Below are positions 1 through 8,956 of a DNA stretch of 32,000 nt, piece after piece. Under the pieces are notes generated by a model, which worked only from the letters and a program-made list of their open reading frames with translations, was not told the origin of the DNA and searched no databases. Source of the DNA: Vibrio cholerae ATCC 14035 (GTDB taxonomy: Bacteria > Pseudomonadota > Gammaproteobacteria > Enterobacterales > Vibrionaceae); assembly GCF_000621645.1 (NCBI RefSeq), contig NZ_JHXR01000011.1:60001-92000 (forward strand), in the 5' to 3' direction. Position 1 is the first letter of the stretch, and every line of letters begins with the position of its first letter. Both the position numbers and the translations under genes were made by a program.

Positions 1-120
1 GCTATACAGAGCAAAGCCCTACTGAGTGCGCCAGTTAGCCTCGCTTTGCCTGATGGTGATGACAAGGTAGGGTTTGAAACGGATCGCATTTCTCAAGAAG
101 ATGATTTTCGAGAGAAATAA
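1..120 (+). CDS. C-terminal 39 codons of an unidentified gene entering from the left edge
   Basis: Frame 1 is open from base 1 to TAA at 118-120 (...KVGFETDRISQEDDFREK*). It is convergent with dcuA and too short to assign a family. Confidence 0.3.
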   Translation, partial: AIQSKALLSAPVSLALPDGDDKVGFETDRISQEDDFREK

Positions 121-157
121 AGCTCCTCCAATCAGGAGAATGGCGATTGGCAGCGAC

Positions 158-179
158 AAAAAAGGGAGCCGCAGCTCCC
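158..179 (-). terminator. Rho-independent terminator of dcuA
   Basis: Stem GGGAGC (164-169) / GCTCCC (174-179) with a 4-nt loop. The A6 run at 158-163 on the + strand gives a U6 tail on the minus transcript, about 20 nt after the dcuA stop. Confidence 0.7.
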
Positions 180-198
180 ATGATTTTGCACTTTATTC

Positions 199-1506
199 TT
201 AGATAAACAGACTGCCAAAGAGGAAGCCAAAGGCAACGGCGCTGGCGATGGTGACCACACCTGGAATAAAGAATGGGTGGTTAAATACATAGCTACCAAT
301 ACGCGTTGAACCTGTGTCATCCATTTCTACCGCGGCCAACAAGGTTGGGTAGGTTGGCAGTACGAACAGGGCGCTCACCGCAGCAAAAGAGGCTACTGCG
401 GTCAGAGGTGCTACACCAATCGCCAGTGCTGCAGGCATCAGCGCAACTGTGGTTGCACCTTGTGAGTAAAGCAGCATAGAAGCAAAGAACAGCACTAGTG
501 CCAGCATCCATGGGTAGTCAGCCAGCAGAGTACCAGCCACTTCTTTGATGCCATCGACGTGCGCGTTGACAAACGTTGAACCAAGCCAAGCCACACCCAG
601 CACACAGACACAGGCTGTCATACCTGAGCGGAAGGTTGAAGCGGCTGGAATTTGTGCTGCGTCAATCTTAGTCAGTAGCACAATACCGGCTGCAGCTGCG
701 AGCATGAAGGTCATGATCGCTTCGTTACGGCCAAGCGCTGGGTTTTCGATTAGACCAATCGAGTTTGAAATCGCCGCCGCGTAGCACTCCACCAGAATGA
801 TCGCGGTGAGGAAGATGTAAGTCGCGGTTTTCGCGGTTGGCAGAATTTCACGCTTCTGAGTACCCGCAAGCTTGATCAGACCTTGTGCCAGACGCTCTTG
901 ATAAATCGGATCATCTTTCAGCTCGCTGCCCATAAAGTTGGCCACAAACGCACCGACCATACAGGCGGCGAAGGTAGTTGGGATACAGATCGCCAGCAGT
1001 GTTAAGTAATCCACACCAAACGGCACCAACATCGCGGCAAAGGCAACGACGGCCGCTGAAATCGGTGAAGCGGTGATCGCGATTTGTGAGGCAACAACAG
1101 CAATCGAGAGTGGACGTGAAGGACGCACGCCTTGACCTTTTGCCACTTCGGCAATCACAGGCAAAGTGGAAAATGCGGTGTGGCCTGTACCTGCCATCAG
1201 TGTCATCAGGAAAGTGACAATCGGAGCGTAGAAGGTGATTCTTTCCGGATGTTTACGTAGGAAGTTTTCGGCCAGTTGGACCAGCCAATCCATACCGCCA
1301 GCCACTTGCATTGCGGCAATTGCGGTGATGACCGACATGATGATCAAGATGACATCGACCGGAATAAAGGCTTGTTTAGTCGGTACGCCAAGGATTAATG
1401 ACAAGGCGATCACACCAGCACCACCGGCCAAACCAATGCCGATACCGCCAATCCGTGCGCCTATGAAGATGAAGAGGAGAACAATAGCCAGTTCGACCCA
1501 AATCAT
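199..1506 (-). CDS. dcuA: Anaerobic C4-dicarboxylate transporter DcuA
   Basis: ORF 199..1554 trimmed to the ATG at 1506 (MIWVELAIVLLFIFIGARIGG...), which has GAGG 8 nt upstream. The roughly 435-aa polytopic membrane protein is collinear with recalled E. coli DcuA through to ...MDDTGSTRIGSYVFNHPFFIPG. It lies directly downstream of aspA, as in the E. coli aspA-dcuA arrangement. Confidence 0.93.
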   Translation of the reverse strand: MIWVELAIVLLFIFIGARIGGIGIGLAGGAGVIALSLILGVPTKQAFIPVDVILIIMSVITAIAAMQVAGGMDWLVQLAENFLRKHPERITFYAPIVTFLMTLMAGTGHTAFSTLPVIAEVAKGQGVRPSRPLSIAVVASQIAITASPISAAVVAFAAMLVPFGVDYLTLLAICIPTTFAACMVGAFVANFMGSELKDDPIYQERLAQGLIKLAGTQKREILPTAKTATYIFLTAIILVECYAAAISNSIGLIENPALGRNEAIMTFMLAAAAGIVLLTKIDAAQIPAASTFRSGMTACVCVLGVAWLGSTFVNAHVDGIKEVAGTLLADYPWMLALVLFFASMLLYSQGATTVALMPAALAIGVAPLTAVASFAAVSALFVLPTYPTLLAAVEMDDTGSTRIGSYVFNHPFFIPGVVTIASAVAFGFLFGSLFI

Positions 1507-1593
1507 AATGATTACCTCATTTAAAGATGAAAAAATTATCTCAACACTCACCATAACGAGCGTTCAAATAATGCTTTCACCGCATTGAGTTTG

Positions 1594-1621
1594 ATGAGAA
1601 AAGCCCCCAACAAAGGGGGCT
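1594..1621 (-). terminator. Intercistronic hairpin (partial terminator or attenuator) between aspA and dcuA
   Basis: Stem AGCCCCC (1602-1608) / GGGGGCT (1615-1621) with a 6-nt loop, 12 nt after the aspA stop. The minus-strand tail UUUCUC is only moderately U-rich. Confidence 0.5.
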
Positions 1622-1633
1622 TAAACCGAACGA

Positions 1634-3085
1634 TTATTCGTAACGTTTTGCTTTGTACTGAGGATGCATCAGGTTCTCAACCGAGAAGATGTCATCGAGC
1701 TGCTCTTCAGTTAGCAAGCCGCGCTCAAGTACCACTTCGCGTACGCTCTTACCGGTTTCGGCACAGATCTTACCGACAATGTCACCCTCATGGTGGCCAA
1801 TGTATGGGTTTAAGTAAGTCACGATACCGATAGAGTTAAACACGAAGTTTTCACAGATTTCTTTGTTGACTGTGATGCCATCAATGCACTTGTCGCGTAG
1901 GTTGACACAGGCGTTAGTCAGCAGAGAGATAGACTCAAACATCGCTTGAGCAATCACAGGCTCCATGACGTTCAACTGCAGTTGACCCGCTTCTGCGGCG
2001 AATGTAATGGTGTTGTCGTTACCGAATACTTTAAAGCAAACTTGGTTCACCACTTCTGGGATTACTGGGTTTACTTTCGCTGGCATGATGGACGAACCCG
2101 CTTGCAGTTCAGGCAAGTTGATTTCATTCAGACCTGCACGTGGACCAGAAGAGAGCAGACGTAGATCGTTACAGATCTTAGAGAGCTTCATCGCTAGACG
2201 TTTCAACGCGCCGTGAGTCATCACGTAAGCACCACAGTCAGAGGTGGCTTCAATCAGATCTTCTGCTGGAACGGTTTCTAAACCTGTCACTTGCGCCAGA
2301 TATTTCACGGCCAGCTCTTGGTAACCCGGAGCGGCGTTCAGGCCAGTACCGATCGCGGTTGCGCCCAAGTTCACTTCCAAAAGCAGTTTTGAAGTGTATT
2401 GCAGCGCGCGGATCTCTTCATTCAGCGTCACAGCCCATGCGTGGAATTCTTGACCTACGGTCATAGGTACAGCGTCTTGCAACTGAGTACGACCCATTTT
2501 CAGGATGTTTTTGTACTCAGCCGCTTTAAGTTCGAATGAGCCTTTTAGGTATTCAATCGCATCAATCACTTTCAGGATGCTGTTGTAAACCGCGATGCGG
2601 AAACCCGTTGGGTATGCACAGTTGGTTGATTGGCTCTTGTTTACGTGGTCATTGGGGTTGATGAACTCGTATTGACCTTTTTGTTTGCCCATCAGCTCGA
2701 GTGCAACGTTAGCAATCACTTCGTTGGTGTTCATGTTCACTGACGTGCCCGCACCACCTTGGAATACATCTGACGGGAATTGATCCATGCACTTACCTGT
2801 TTCAAGAATCAAATCACACGCTTGAAGGATGTAGTTCGCCACATCTTTAGGAATCACGCCCAGCTCTTTGTTTGCCAGAGTGGCCGCTTTTTTGGTCATG
2901 ATCATGCCGCGTACAAATTCAGGCACGTCAGAGATCGTAACGTTAGAGATGTTGAAGTTTTCGACAGCACGAAGGGTATGAATACCGTAGTAAGCATCAG
3001 CAGGAACGTGACGTTGACCTAACAGATCTTCTTCAACGCGGGTAGCCGGAGTCGCTGTTTTAGGCGCTTCAGATAGGGTAGCCAT
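1634..3085 (-). CDS. aspA: Aspartate ammonia-lyase (aspartase)
   Basis: 483 aa with the fumarate-lyase signature [11 protein letters not shown]. The N-terminus [29 protein letters not shown] is typical of AspA, and the length is close to E. coli AspA. Confidence 0.97.
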   Translation of the reverse strand: MATLSEAPKTATPATRVEEDLLGQRHVPADAYYGIHTLRAVENFNISNVTISDVPEFVRGMIMTKKAATLANKELGVIPKDVANYILQACDLILETGKCMDQFPSDVFQGGAGTSVNMNTNEVIANVALELMGKQKGQYEFINPNDHVNKSQSTNCAYPTGFRIAVYNSILKVIDAIEYLKGSFELKAAEYKNILKMGRTQLQDAVPMTVGQEFHAWAVTLNEEIRALQYTSKLLLEVNLGATAIGTGLNAAPGYQELAVKYLAQVTGLETVPAEDLIEATSDCGAYVMTHGALKRLAMKLSKICNDLRLLSSGPRAGLNEINLPELQAGSSIMPAKVNPVIPEVVNQVCFKVFGNDNTITFAAEAGQLQLNVMEPVIAQAMFESISLLTNACVNLRDKCIDGITVNKEICENFVFNSIGIVTYLNPYIGHHEGDIVGKICAETGKSVREVVLERGLLTEEQLDDIFSVENLMHPQYKAKRYE

Positions 3086-3329
3086 AAGGGGATCCTTAGA
3101 TAATTATTCTGGTAAAAAACTAAATTAATAGCCATTTCTGTAATTTAAGAATCCATTCGTCAGAGTTTTTGGCTGGAAATCCGTCCTGACTTACGAGGCA
3201 CATAATACTGTAAATGCATATTAAAAATAGTAACTGGATCACCTTTTAATACAATTTGATGGAAAATTTGCTGAGAGTTTTATCTATAACTATATAAAGA
3301 GAGAAAGCGGTATAAAAAGGAACGGATTT

Positions 3330-4268
3330 ATGGTGAATCGTGCCGATTCAGCAAGGTTGTTGTCGGACCAAGATCTACAAGGATATGTCAGCCGCATACT
3401 GGATGTGATTCCGCTGCCGATCATTATTTCTAAATCTTCTGTGCTCGGACAAGGCGAGCGTGAGCATCTGCATTTTAATAAAGCTTTTGTGAAAGAGCTC
3501 GGGTATACCATGGCGCAGATCCCAAATATCGAGACTTGGTTTGAAAGGGCTTACCCACAAATTGACTATCGACAGGAGATCGTTGCGCAATGCCAAAAGA
3601 CGGTCGATGAAGCGCGGGCGCAAGGCGAAGATGTCGCGCAGATGCCCGCTTTGATCATGTGTGCTGATGGGGTGCAGCGTTGGTTTTCCGTCTCAGCGCA
3701 AATCGAACCGTCCTGTCGTGACGATCTGCATATCATTACTTTTCGCAATATTCATGACTATAAAATCTCTCTTGCGGAAGCCGAGCGCCAATCGCAAATT
3801 GATCCATTGACTCAACTGAAAAATCGCCGAGGTTTCTTCACTTGGAGTGAGCCGATAGCACCTGAGACGCTACTGGGGTTGATAATTTTTGATATCGACC
3901 ATTTTAAGCAAATCAACGATACCTACGGTCATCCTGCTGGAGACTATGTGCTGCGCCAAATCGCCGGATTGTTGGAGCAAAACTTACCTCCACTGTCTTG
4001 CTGTGTGCGTTGGGGCGGTGAAGAGTTTTTGGTCTGCTTTGAATGCGACGACATGGCGAATGTGATTGGGCTGGCCGAAAACATACGAGACTATGTTGAG
4101 AGCCATACCTTGATGTGGCAAGGACAGCAGATTGCTTTGACGCTCAGTGCTGGGTGCACCATGGGAGCGATGATGAGTCACAATTGGGACAATTTGTTAC
4201 ACACTGCTGATCAAGCGCTGCTGTCGGCGAAACGCTTGGGGCGCAATCGGGTGATTGCTGATCGGTAA
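3330..4268 (+). CDS. PAS-like sensor / GGDEF diguanylate cyclase
   Basis: 312 aa with AAGGAA 7 nt before the ATG. The C-terminal GGDEF domain has IIFDIDHFKQINDTYGHPAGD and an intact RWGGEEFLVCF active site. The N-terminal ~140 aa show a PAS-like pattern (ILDVIPLPIII...FNKAFVKELGY...DGVQRWFSVSAQ). Confidence 0.9.
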   Translation: MVNRADSARLLSDQDLQGYVSRILDVIPLPIIISKSSVLGQGEREHLHFNKAFVKELGYTMAQIPNIETWFERAYPQIDYRQEIVAQCQKTVDEARAQGEDVAQMPALIMCADGVQRWFSVSAQIEPSCRDDLHIITFRNIHDYKISLAEAERQSQIDPLTQLKNRRGFFTWSEPIAPETLLGLIIFDIDHFKQINDTYGHPAGDYVLRQIAGLLEQNLPPLSCCVRWGGEEFLVCFECDDMANVIGLAENIRDYVESHTLMWQGQQIALTLSAGCTMGAMMSHNWDNLLHTADQALLSAKRLGRNRVIADR

Positions 4269-4359
4269 ACAAAAAGTGTTTGTTGGCGTCGGTTTTCTCT
4301 CTGGGTGACTTGTCAGCCATCTCGGTTGTGGTTAACGTGACCAAAACCAAGGAGGCATT

Positions 4360-4845
4360 GTGTTCCCGATACTACTGTTTTTATTTATTGCAGTCCCTGT
4401 GATTGAAATCGCGCTGTTTATTCAAGTCGGCGGCGTGCTCGGTGTGTGGCCGACCATCGCCCTTGTGCTGTTAACCGCAATTGTTGGTGCTTCGCTGGTG
4501 CGTAGCCAAGGTTTACAAACGCTGTTGACCGTACAACAGCGCCTAGCGCAAGGCCAACTGCCCGCACAGCAAATTTTAGAAGGGGTAATGTTAGCCGTGG
4601 CGGGTGTGTTGTTACTGACCCCAGGCTTTTTCACGGACATCCTCGGTATGCTGGTACTGCTGCCTGCGCCGCGTGCTTATTTCGCAAAGCAGTTGATGAG
4701 TCGTGTGGTGGTCGGCAATATCCACGCCAGTGGAGCCGGTTTTGAGCAGCCCAACCCTTTTCACGATCGTGCAAATCCAAACGGCACGACCTATGAAGGT
4801 GAATTTGAGCGCAAAGACGATCAAGACCAGCACCGTTTGAAATAA
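4360..4845 (+). CDS. fxsA: FxsA family inner-membrane protein
   Basis: 161 aa with a GTG start preceded by AGGAGG. The N-terminus MFPILLFLFIAVPVIEIALFIQVGGVLG is the characteristic FxsA opening. The gene neighbours aspA, as in E. coli. Confidence 0.85.
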   Translation: MFPILLFLFIAVPVIEIALFIQVGGVLGVWPTIALVLLTAIVGASLVRSQGLQTLLTVQQRLAQGQLPAQQILEGVMLAVAGVLLLTPGFFTDILGMLVLLPAPRAYFAKQLMSRVVVGNIHASGAGFEQPNPFHDRANPNGTTYEGEFERKDDQDQHRLK

Positions 4846-4878
4846 TACCTTAGGTCAGTCGGTTACTTTGATGGTGTA

Positions 4879-5355
4879 TTAGCGTGCGCCATCAAACCCC
4901 ATTTGACGCCACGCTTCAAAAGCAATAATCGCTACCGCATTGGAAAGGTTTAGGCTGCGCGCTTCTGGCATCATCGGGATTCGAATCCGCTGCTCGGCGG
5001 GCAAGCTGGCAATCAGCTCGGCAGGCAAACCGCGTGTTTCTGGACCAAACAGCAGCACATCGCCTTGTTGAAATTGGGCATCCACATGATGTTGTGTGGT
5101 TTTCGTGGTGCAAGCAAACAAGCGGAAAGAGCCTCGCTCACGCTGTAAGTATTCGATAAACGCGGCGTAATCTTTATGGCGCGTCACTCGAGCTAAATCA
5201 TGGTAATCCAAACCGGCGCGGCGCACCTTTTTCTCTTCCAGATCAAAACCCAGTGGCTCGATGAGATGCAAGTTCGCGCCACAGTTGGCACACAAACGAA
5301 TGATGTTACCCGTATTGGGTGCGATTTCGGGTTCGTAGAGAGCGATATCAAACAT
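4879..5355 (-). CDS. trmL: tRNA (cytidine34/5-carboxymethylaminomethyluridine34-2'-O)-methyltransferase TrmL (SpoU/TrmH family)
   Basis: 158 aa. [37 protein letters not shown] closely parallels the recalled E. coli TrmL (YibK) N-terminus, and the length matches. Confidence 0.9.
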   Translation of the reverse strand: MFDIALYEPEIAPNTGNIIRLCANCGANLHLIEPLGFDLEEKKVRRAGLDYHDLARVTRHKDYAAFIEYLQRERGSFRLFACTTKTTQHHVDAQFQQGDVLLFGPETRGLPAELIASLPAEQRIRIPMMPEARSLNLSNAVAIIAFEAWRQMGFDGAR

Positions 5356-5370
5356 AACGGATGGTCAATG

Positions 5371-5400
5371 AAATAAAGAAGGGGCGAGTATAGCCCCTTC
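5371..5400 (-). terminator. Rho-independent terminator of sodA
   Basis: Stem GAAGGGGC (5378-5385) / GCCCCTTC (5393-5400) with a 7-nt loop. The minus-strand tail is UUUAUUU, and the hairpin starts 8 nt after the sodA stop. Confidence 0.7.
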
Positions 5401-5407
5401 TGATGAT

Positions 5408-6025
5408 TTACGCAGCTTGGGTGAGTGCGATGGCGTAGTTTTCACTGACCGCTTCCCAGTTCACCACATTCCACCACGCATCAATGTACTCAGGGCGGCG
5501 GTTTTGGTAGCGAATGTAGTAAGCGTGTTCCCACACATCAAGGGCAAGAATCGGCTCGCCACGCACGGCAACCACATCCATCAATGGGTTATCTTGGTTG
5601 CTGGTGGAAGTAATGCTCAGTTGACCTTGTTGCACGATAAGCCAGACAAAACCAGAGCCAAAGGTGTTCACGGCCGCTTGCGAGAAGGCTTCTTTGAACT
5701 GCGCAAAACTGCCAAATTGACGTTCGATCTCTGCGGCCAATTCGCCTTGTGGCTCGCCGCCAGCGTTAGGCTTCATACAGTTCCAATACACAATGTGGTT
5801 ATAGTAGCCACCACCGTGGTTACGCACGGCCGCGGGTAAGGTCGAAACGCGCGCGAAAATCTCGCTCAGTGGCCTATCTTCATGCTCAGTCCCCTTGATG
5901 GCAGACAGAAATTTATCGTAGTAAGTGCGGTGGTGCTTGCTGTAATGCACCTCCATGGTCTTGGTATCAATATAAGGTTCTAACGCATCGTAAGCGTAAG
6001 GTAGATCGGGAAATAGATGGGGCAT
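5408..6025 (-). CDS. sodA: Superoxide dismutase, Mn type
   Basis: ORF trimmed to the ATG at 6025 (MPHLFPDLPYAYDALEPYID...), preceded by AAGGAGGA. It carries Fe/Mn-SOD family motifs (HYSKHH, DVWEHAYY). The active-site Gln lies in the C-terminal SNQD motif, and the N-domain position is GGGYYNH, which is the pattern I associate with Mn enzymes. Confidence 0.9.
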   Translation of the reverse strand: MPHLFPDLPYAYDALEPYIDTKTMEVHYSKHHRTYYDKFLSAIKGTEHEDRPLSEIFARVSTLPAAVRNHGGGYYNHIVYWNCMKPNAGGEPQGELAAEIERQFGSFAQFKEAFSQAAVNTFGSGFVWLIVQQGQLSITSTSNQDNPLMDVVAVRGEPILALDVWEHAYYIRYQNRRPEYIDAWWNVVNWEAVSENYAIALTQAA

Positions 6026-6088
6026 AGTATCCTCCTTGGATGAATATCGCTTGGCTATCAGCAAGGCGGATAGCAAGGGTATTCTTTT

Positions 6089-6117
6089 ATGTTAATGATA
6101 ATTAATATCATTAACAA
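6089..6117 (-). promoter_or_regulatory. Putative sigma-70 promoter of sodA
   Basis: On the minus strand: TTGTTA (6117-6112), a 17-nt spacer, then TAACAT (6094-6089), about 65 nt upstream of the sodA ATG. Confidence 0.45.
6091..6115. promoter_or_regulatory. Fur box overlapping the sodA promoter
   Basis: GTTAATGATAATTAATATC (6091-6109) matches 16/19 positions of the consensus GATAATGATAATCATTATC by hand alignment. It is part of a 10-bp inverted repeat, GTTAATGATA-N5-TATCATTAAC. Confidence 0.65.
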
Positions 6118-6157
6118 CCTGGAGATTGTGAGGATATTGCTGCCCCGAGTTACTGCG

Positions 6158-7552
6158 TTAAGCGCTCGCCAGAGGTAAAGTAAAGCGAACTTGTAAGCCT
6201 CCTAAGTGACTGCGGTTTGCGCTGATAGTGCCACTGTGTTGGCGAATGGCATTTTCGGTGATGGCTAAACCAAGCCCTGTGCCACCGCTGTGTCGATCCC
6301 GCGCTGTCGAGACGCGATAGAACGGGCGGAAAATATCCGCCAACTCCTCTTCGGGTACACCTTCGCCATCATCATCGACGCTCACGATGAGTTGCTGGTC
6401 TTGAATGGTAAAGGCTACGTGGATCTGCTGTTGCCCGTAGTGGATCGCGTTACGCACCACGTTTTCCAATGCACTCATCAGTAATTTGGGCGTGCCGTTG
6501 ATGGTTCGCTCTGGGATCGCGTCAAAAGTCAGCATTTTGTGCATCTGTTCAGCTTCAAATTGCGCATCTTTGAGCAACTCTTCCCATAAACTACTCAGTG
6601 GCTGCACTTCGCGCATTAAATGGCTATTGATTTGCATGCGTGAGAGCGCCAGTAAATCCCCAATCATCTGCTCTAAACGTTGTGCTTCGGTATCGATCCG
6701 TTCTAATTCACTGCTACTGCCGAGTTTACGCATTGCCAGCGCGTTGGCCATGCGTAGCCGAGTTAAGGGGGAACGCAATTCGTGGGAGATGTCAGAAAGC
6801 AGTCTTTGCTGCCCAGAAACCATCTGATTGACCGCATCCACCATCTGGTTAAAGCTGCGTCCCGCCTGTTGAAACTCCGCTGTGCCGCGTTCTAATTTCG
6901 GGTCATGCACAAATTCGCCCCGCGCGACACGCTGCGCGGCTTGAGCCAGATTTTGCGCCGGTTTACTCAAGGCCCACGCCAGCCACAGTAGCAGCGGGGT
7001 GCTCACCAGCATGATCGCCAACAAGAGTTGGAAGGGTTTATCAAACAGACGCAGCAAAAACGGCGGTGGTTCATCCCAGCGCATACCGACATACAACAGC
7101 AGATCTTGTTTGGCTAACGTAATGGGCACTGGGCCTGCCAACATATAACGGCCATACAGGCGCTGCTGCGGTTTTTGAACCGATTCAATACTGGAGCAGA
7201 AGTTTTGCATCGCTTTAAAACGAAAATCGGTCTGCTTTGAGTTGGTGATAATGTTGCTTTCCAAATCGGTGATAAAAAAACGCGGCTGACCATCGTGTTT
7301 ACGGTGCTGACTGTCTGGCCCTTCGAGCTGAAACAGAATGGCTCTTAAGTCGCTTTGGTTGCGAAATTGCTGTTCAAAGCGATCTCTGCTCTCGAGCAAA
7401 CGTTGATGCGTTTCGGGTGATAAGTCACGCGATTTACGCGGGTCAAGATGAGGTAGGGTCAATACCGCGAACAGTACCAACAGCATGGTAAACCAGAAAA
7501 TCGCAAAGATGCGCCCATACAGGTTATTCAATTTCGGTAACGGTAGACGCAT
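6158..7552 (-). CDS. cpxA: Envelope-stress sensor histidine kinase CpxA
   Basis: 464 aa with two TM segments, a HAMP region, the H-box SHELRSPLTRL and an ATPase domain (GGTGLGLAI). Its start codon overlaps the cpxR stop (TAATG), which suggests translational coupling. Confidence 0.95.
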   Translation of the reverse strand: MRLPLPKLNNLYGRIFAIFWFTMLLVLFAVLTLPHLDPRKSRDLSPETHQRLLESRDRFEQQFRNQSDLRAILFQLEGPDSQHRKHDGQPRFFITDLESNIITNSKQTDFRFKAMQNFCSSIESVQKPQQRLYGRYMLAGPVPITLAKQDLLLYVGMRWDEPPPFLLRLFDKPFQLLLAIMLVSTPLLLWLAWALSKPAQNLAQAAQRVARGEFVHDPKLERGTAEFQQAGRSFNQMVDAVNQMVSGQQRLLSDISHELRSPLTRLRMANALAMRKLGSSSELERIDTEAQRLEQMIGDLLALSRMQINSHLMREVQPLSSLWEELLKDAQFEAEQMHKMLTFDAIPERTINGTPKLLMSALENVVRNAIHYGQQQIHVAFTIQDQQLIVSVDDDGEGVPEEELADIFRPFYRVSTARDRHSGGTGLGLAITENAIRQHSGTISANRSHLGGLQVRFTLPLASA

Positions 7553-8238
7553 TACTCCTCCTGAACCATTAAGTAGCCGCGACCGCGCAAGGTTTTGATC
7601 CGTGCTTTGCCATCTGGCCGCTCAGGCAGTTTTTTGCGCAGGTTAGACACATGCATATCGATGGCTCGATCAAATGCCGCAAGGTGCTTGCCGAGCACTT
7701 CAATACTCAGCATCTCTTTGGTCAAGGTTGCTCCGGGCGACTGCACAAAGTGAGTGAGCAGGGCAAATTCCGTAGTCGTCAGTTCCAGCAGTTGTCCTTG
7801 GCAGTAGGCTTCCTGTTTTCCTGGGTAGACTTGAATGTCCTGACACTCGATGACATCGCTGTTTTTAGGCGTGAGGCCGTTTTGCGTACGGCGCAAAATC
7901 GCACGAATGCGCGCCAGCAACTCGCGATCGCTAAAAGGTTTGGGCAGATAATCATCCGCTCCGAGCTCTAAGCCGATCACCCGATCGATCTCTTCGCCTT
8001 TCGCGGTCAGCATTAAAACCGGCGTTGCCCATTTTTCGCGCAGACGCTTGAGGGTTTCCATGCCATTAAGCTTAGGCATCATCACATCGAGTAGGATCAA
8101 GTCGATCTCATCGCTGACCGCGGCTAGTCCGGCTTCACCGTCATTGGCTTGTGAAATTTCAAAGCCTTCGTACTGTAAAACCTCGGTCAATAGACTGGTC
8201 AATTCGGTGTCATCATCGATCAAAAGGATATGTGCCAT
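7552..8238 (-). CDS. cpxR: OmpR-family response regulator CpxR
   Basis: 228 aa with a receiver domain (MAHILLIDDD...LDVMMP...) and a winged-helix output (IKTLRGRGYLM). It lies upstream of and coupled to cpxA, and divergent from cpxP. Confidence 0.95.
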   Translation of the reverse strand: MAHILLIDDDTELTSLLTEVLQYEGFEISQANDGEAGLAAVSDEIDLILLDVMMPKLNGMETLKRLREKWATPVLMLTAKGEEIDRVIGLELGADDYLPKPFSDRELLARIRAILRRTQNGLTPKNSDVIECQDIQVYPGKQEAYCQGQLLELTTTEFALLTHFVQSPGATLTKEMLSIEVLGKHLAAFDRAIDMHVSNLRKKLPERPDGKARIKTLRGRGYLMVQEE

Positions 8239-8312
8239 AGCTGCCTCGTGTATTGCTTTGTTACCTTCAGTTTACCGTGAAAAAAGTGCTGTGGTCAGTG
8301 AGCAATCTGCTC

Positions 8313-8327
8313 TTTACGATTCTTTAC
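8313..8327. promoter_or_regulatory. CpxR-P binding site (GTAAA-N5-GTAAA)
   Basis: The + strand reads TTTAC-gattc-TTTAC, an exact match to the consensus on the minus strand. It lies in the cpxR/cpxP divergent region, about 100 bp upstream of the cpxP ATG. Confidence 0.7.
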
Positions 8328-8425
8328 GCTCCCTATACGTCACTTGACCTTGCAAGTCGTAATCTATGTTCAAGCGCTGCAGAGCAGCCTAATCGATAAC
8401 GAAACGAAATGTAGAGGAACGAACG

Positions 8426-8929
8426 ATGAAACTTGCCAAAAAAATGATTTTAGCCGCGGCTGTCCTACCGCTGACTCTGGGAACGACGGCGGCGCTGGCT
8501 TACGGTGGTCACGGTTGGGATAAAGAGGGTGATGGACATTGTGGCGACCGCGGTGAACGTGGGATCTGGAAACAGCTTGATTTAACCGCTGAGCAGCAAG
8601 CCCAACTCAAAGAGATGCGTGAGGCTGGACGTGAAGAGATGCGCGCTAATCGCGGGCAAAGCCATGATGCAATGAAAGCATTGCACGCGCAGGAGCGCGC
8701 TCTGGTGCTCGCGGCTGATTTTGACCAAGCAGCCGCTGAGAATCTGGCAAAACAGATGGTAGATCAGCAAGTGACTCATCGCGTAAAAATGATGGAAAAA
8801 CGCCACCAAATGATGAGCATTTTGACTGCCGAACAGAAAGCCAAGTTGCAAACCCTGCAACAAGAGAAAATGGCGGAATGCATGCAAGATGGCCAACATG
8901 GCAAAGGCAAAAAACACGCTAGTCAATAA
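8426..8929 (+). CDS. cpxP: Periplasmic Cpx pathway inhibitor/chaperone CpxP (Spy/CpxP family)
   Basis: 167 aa with a signal peptide (MKLAKKMILAAAVLPLTLGTTAALA) and two LTxxQ motifs (LTAEQQAQL, LTAEQKAKL). It is divergent from cpxRA, with AGAGGA before the ATG. Confidence 0.9.
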   Translation: MKLAKKMILAAAVLPLTLGTTAALAYGGHGWDKEGDGHCGDRGERGIWKQLDLTAEQQAQLKEMREAGREEMRANRGQSHDAMKALHAQERALVLAADFDQAAAENLAKQMVDQQVTHRVKMMEKRHQMMSILTAEQKAKLQTLQQEKMAECMQDGQHGKGKKHASQ

Positions 8930-8956
8930 TCGAACGACTCACGACTCTTACTTCAA

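Noticed and set aside
199-1554. N-terminal extensions in the ORF track for dcuA (1554), sodA (6076), pfkA (10265), glpX (12458), metF (13884), tpiA (30814) and fieF (9127)
   Set aside because: In each case an internal ATG aligns with the orthologue N-terminus and is preceded by a Shine-Dalgarno sequence. The upstream extension has neither. The starts were moved to 1506, 6025, 10298, 12344, 13857, 30790 and 9130.
3086-3329. Search for FNR (TTGAT-N4-ATCAA), CRP or NarL sites in the aspA promoter region
   Set aside because: The best candidate (TTGATGGAAAATTT, near 3260-3273) has a poor right half-site, so there is no convincing match by eye. A PWM scan would be needed.
8260-8275. Second CpxR-like box GTTAC-N6-TTTAC near cpxR
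   Set aside because: It has one half-site mismatch and 6-nt rather than 5-nt spacing. I mention it under the CpxR finding but do not call it as a feature.
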